DNA of 64,000 nucleotides, from positions 21,762,001-21,826,000 of the forward strand of contig NC_135901.1 of NCBI RefSeq assembly GCF_964194155.1. The letters run 5' to 3'. Position 1 is the stretch's first letter. Each line of letters opens with the position of its first letter. This document shows, in pieces, positions 59,600-64,000 of the stretch. The stretch is from Cetorhinus maximus (Eukaryota). The notes beneath the pieces were generated by a model, which saw only the letters and a program-made list of their open reading frames with translations, ran no database searches and was not told the origin of the DNA. The translations under genes were made by a program, and so were the position numbers.

Positions 59600-62375
59600 A
59601 TAGTGTAGGACAAAGTATTCAAGAGAAAATATTGTGTGCTTTGTGATAAATATATACTAATATTGTAGGGTAGATGACATTCAAGAAGAATAGGAAGCTA
59701 GGTAAAGGCGAGGGGGGGTTGGTGGCACTGTTAATCAAAGAGGGCATTGGTGCAATAGTTAGAGATGACCTTGGTACAGGAGTTCAGGATGTAGAATCAG
59801 TTTGGGTGGAGATGAGGAATAGTAGGTGGAAAAAGTAATTAGTGGGTGTGGTCTACAGGCCCCCTAACAGTAGCCACAGTATAGGACAAAGTATTGAAGA
59901 GGAAATATTGTGTGTTTGTGATAAAGGGATGGCAATAATCATGGGTGATTTTAATCTACACATAAACTGGAAAAATCGGATTGGGAATAGTAGCCTGGAT
60001 GAGGAGTTCTTAGAATGCTTTGGAGATAGTTTCTTAGAGAACCAACCAAGAGCAGGTTATATTAGACTTGGTAATGTGTAACATGACAGGATTAATTAAT
60101 TACCTCAGAGTAAGGGCACCCCTAGGTAGCAGCGACCACAATATAATTGAATTTTACATCCAGTTTGAAAGGGAGAAGAATGGTTCTAAGACCTTAAATA
60201 AGGGCAACTATGTGGGGATAAAAGCTAAGTTAGCTGAAGTGAACTGGGAAACCAGGCTAAGCGATAAATCAATAGAGAAACAGTGGCAGACACTTAAGGG
60301 GATAATTCAGAGTGTTCAGAATAAGTACATTCCTACTATTAAGAAAATCTAAGGGGAGGACCCACCATCCGTGGTTAACTAAAGAAGTTAAGGAAAGCAT
60401 CAAACTTAAGAAAAAAGCAGAGAACTCCACAAAGATGAGTGGCAGGATAGATGATTGAACAGAATATATAGAATGGCAGATAATGGCTAAAAGGTTAATC
60501 AAGAGAAAGGAATTAGAATATGAGAGGAAGCTAGCTAGAAATGTGAAAACGGGTAGCAAGAGTTTCTACAGGTACTTAAAAAGTAAAAGAGTAAGTAAAG
60601 TGAGTGTTGGTTCTCCAGAGAGTGACAGTGGTAGATAATAAGGAAGGAAATGGTGGAGGAAATGAACACATATTTTGCTTCTGTGTTCACTACAGGGGAT
60701 ACAAAAAGCATTCCAGCAACAGCTGCAAATCAAGAGGTGAACGGGAGAAAGGAACTTGGTGAAATTGAAATCACTGGGGAAATGGTATTGACCAAATTGA
60801 TGGAGCTGCAGGTCTCCGGGTCCCGATGGATGACATCTTAGGGTCTTGAAGGAGGTTTTTAATGATGTAGGTGATGCACTGGTGTTAATTTTCCAAAATT
60901 CACGACATTCTGGAAAGGATCCATCAGATTGGAAAGTAGCAAATATCACCGCTCTATTCAAGAAGGGAGGAAGGCAGAAAATAGGAAACTATGGGCCAGT
61001 TAGCTTGATGTCTGTTGTGGGGAAGTTATTGGAATTGGTCATTGAGGAGATTATAGCTGGGCACTTAGAAGAGCTCAAGGCAATCGGGAAGAGTCAGCGT
61101 GGTTTTGTGAAAGGAAAATCATGTTTAACCAATTTATTTGAGTTTTTGAAGGAGTAACACGCGCAGTGGATAAAGGGGAGCCTATAGATGTACTGTACTT
61201 GGATTTCCACAAGGCATTTGCCACATCAAAGCTTATTACGGAAAATAAAAATGTATGGTGTAGGGAGTAACATATTAGCATGGATAGAAGATTGGCTGGC
61301 TGGCTGGCAGAAAGCAGAGAGTATGCATAAATGGGACATTTTTTGATTGGCAGGATGTGGCGAGTGGAGTCCCACAGGCATCTGTACTCGGGGCCTCAAC
61401 TTTTTTGATTTACATCAATGACTTAGATGAGGGGAGTGGAGACATGGTAACTAAATTTGCAGATGACACAAAGATAGGTCGGAAAGTATATTGTGAAGAG
61501 GACATAAGGAGGTTGCAGATGGATATAGATAGGTTCAGTGAGTGGGCAAAGATTTGGCAAATGGAGTGTAATGTGTGAAAATGTGAAGTTGTTCATTTTG
61601 GCAGGAAGAACAAAAAATCACAGTGTTACTTAAATGGAGAACAGCTGCATAATTCTGAGATGCAGAGGGATCTAGTTATTCTAGTACGAGTCACAAAAAA
61701 TTAGTATGCAGGTGTGGTAAGTAATTAAGAAGGCTAATGGAATGCTATCCTTTATTACGAGGGATTGAACATAAAAATAAGGATGTTATGCTTCAGTTAT
61801 ACAAGGCATTGGTGAAACTGCATCTCAAATGCTGTGTGCAGTTTTGGTCTCCTTATTTAAGGAAGGATGTAAATACATTGGAGGCTGTTCAAAGGAGGTT
61901 TACTAGATTGATACCTGGAATGAGTGGGTTGTCTTATGAGGAAAGGTTGAACAGACTGGGCTTGTTTCCACTGGAATTTAGAAGAGTGAGGGGTGATTTT
62001 ATTGAAGTATACAAGATCCTGAATGGCCTTGACAAGGTAGATGTTGAAAGGATGTTTCCTCTTGTGGGTGAGTCCAAAACTAGCGGGCACTGTTTTAAAA
62101 TTAGGGGTCGAATTTTAAGGACAGAGAGGAGGAGCAATTTTTTTCTCTCAGAGGGTTGTGAGACTTTGGAGCTCTCTGCCTCAGAAGGTGGTGGAGGCAG
62201 GGTCATTGAATATTTTTGAGGTAGATAGATTCTTGTTAGGCAAGGGAATTAAAGGTTATCGGGGTTAGGTGGGAATGTGGAAATCGAAGCACAAGAAGAT
62301 CAGCCCTGATCTTATTGAATGGCGGAGCAGGCTAGAGGGGCTGAATGGTCTACTCCTGTTCCTATTTCTTATGTT
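59600..62375 (+). mobile_element. Long CR1 ORF2 copy (APE to 3' tail) inserted into an L2 fragment
   Basis: GVVYRPP, IMGDFN, LGSSDHN, DWKVANITALFKKG, GFVKGKSCLTNL, FADDTK and tail; L2 sequence on both sides (59460-59590, 62376-62620). Confidence 0.95.
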
Positions 62376-63329
62376 GTTCTTCTTTCCAGAGCCCTTATCC
62401 TGCATATTTCTTTAGTTTCTCTCCCATCTCCAATCATCTCCGGTCAGTGCTCATTTTGTCTGTTAGACCCACCTCCTGTTCCATCGGCCATATTCTCACG
62501 AAACTGCTGATCATGCGCATTCTCTATGTTTGCGCTGATATCGTTAACAGTTCTCTCTCTTCAGGTGCTGGCTTGCTCACTTTCAAATCTACCATCATCA
62601 CCCCCTCCTCAAAATAACAAACCCTCTGTCCTTGGTCAAAGAGGTCTGAAAGGAGGAAAGTGAAGTAGAAAGGTGGAGAGGTTTCAGGAGGAAATTCCAG
62701 AGCTTAGTGTCCAGGCCGCTGAAGGCGCGGCCACCAATGGTGCAGAGGTTAAAATCGGGGATGAAGGACATTGGGTAATGGTGCTCCATGTATGTGGGCC
62801 CGATAGCCCAGTCTCAAGGCCCAAATCTGAACGTTGGGACATAGTTTGACCGTCTCTAGTCTCAGAGAAAAATAATTCTTCCTACAGACATTTTGTAACA
62901 TCTTTTTTTATGGATACCATAAAAATTTAGGACCAGTTGAGCTCTCCTGTGTACTCGATGGGGATTGACTTCAATAGATTTCAAACTTTCTGGATTTCAG
63001 TGTTACAAGAAGAATGTGTTTGAGTAAATTTTTTAAAAAAATACAAATACTGAAAAACTGGAAAGGACGAAAATGGGGAAATACACAGCAGACCGAACAT
63101 TTCAAAGTGATAAATGAATGGTCACTGTTTCAGGCAGGACTCCTTCAGGATGAGCACTTCCCACCAGCACCAACCCCCCCCCCCCCCCCCCTCCCTGTTC
63201 ACTGAACATTCCTTCACCCACTCAACCACCCATTGCACATCCACCCAATGGCTCCCAGCCCGGATTGACATTCAGCATGAACCCAGTGAGAGGGTGAGCT
63301 GGCCCTCGGGATGTCAGAATGGACAAGAG

Positions 63330-64000
63330 CTGGAATTGGTTCCAATCAATACATTTTCTGTGTCATTATTTAAAAAGGAAACTTAATATTTTGTCAAACC
63401 CCTATGTGCACACCCTTGGTGAATTACAATTTATGGCCAGACCCTTCCTATTGCTTCTTCATGGTTTCAGCAGAGGGAGAGACAGGCTGCTCAGATCCGT
63501 GCTCTCACTGCCAAGAGGCTTGTGGTCTCCACCCTCTGGTTTTCAAAGCCCCTCAGGATCCTGGCAAAGACTGATCCACCTGTATCTGTACAGGGGCAAG
63601 TTCAGCACGTGGGAGATGGGGCAGCATGTCGGGAGATGGGGGTTTTGTGGGGCAACGGGTGAAAAGCGGGAACACTTTGACCGGAGTTCCCACTTCTGTG
63701 TCTCTTTTCTCCATCATCCCGCTCCTGGACCAGCGCCACATCATTCCTCCCACTCTGCTGCAGACCAGCTTGGTGGAGATCAGTGATGTGTTGTAAGGTC
63801 AGGGATACAATATCTGTCATCCTGATTAAGAAAACAGATATCTCCTGCACGGCCGTGGTCATGGCCTGCATGGACCCATTTCAGAGCTGCTGTTGAATCT
63901 CCATGGAGGCAGCCACTCTCTCCATGACAGACAGTCTCTGGAACCCCGTCCAGCCTGACGACCCTCCCTGTGCTCCTCCACATAGGGAGACTGTAGTGTA
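63330..64000 (-). mobile_element. Possible decayed transposon accessory ORF (unassigned)
   Basis: Helical-looking reverse-strand peptide MQAMTTAVQEISVFLIRMTDIVSLTLQHITDL; no diagnostic motif seen. Confidence 0.2.

Noticed and set aside
59597-59650. Separate repeat element duplicated at 59874-59925
   Set aside because: A short internal CR1 segment repeated at the 5' junction of the same insertion; an ordinary integration by-product

Overview
Vertebrate genomic DNA, most consistent with a shark/elasmobranch (inferred from repeat content: CR1 and L2 LINEs, a Deu-domain SINE, RTE, Penelope-like elements, Harbinger remnants). The window is a transposon-dense cluster of tandem C2H2 zinc-finger (ZNF) genes. 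Two look intact (6103-7041 and 14668-15816, both minus strand). At least five are truncated or pseudogenised, and several more are remnants. The genes share a CpG-rich promoter (NRF1-like GCGCATGCGC, CCAAT, GC boxes, YY1-like GCCGCCAT), a conserved splice-acceptor/leader block and a conserved 3' UTR block; none shows a KRAB, SCAN or BTB domain. The most striking structures are Penelope-like retroelement (PLE) insertions with minimal hammerhead-ribozyme motifs. Two are near-perfect palindromes with 15-bp target-site duplications (21390-21667 and 50456-51725), and PLE ends recur at or beside ZNF promoters. All calls come from reading the sequence by eye; no database searches or alignments were run, and repeat boundaries are approximate.
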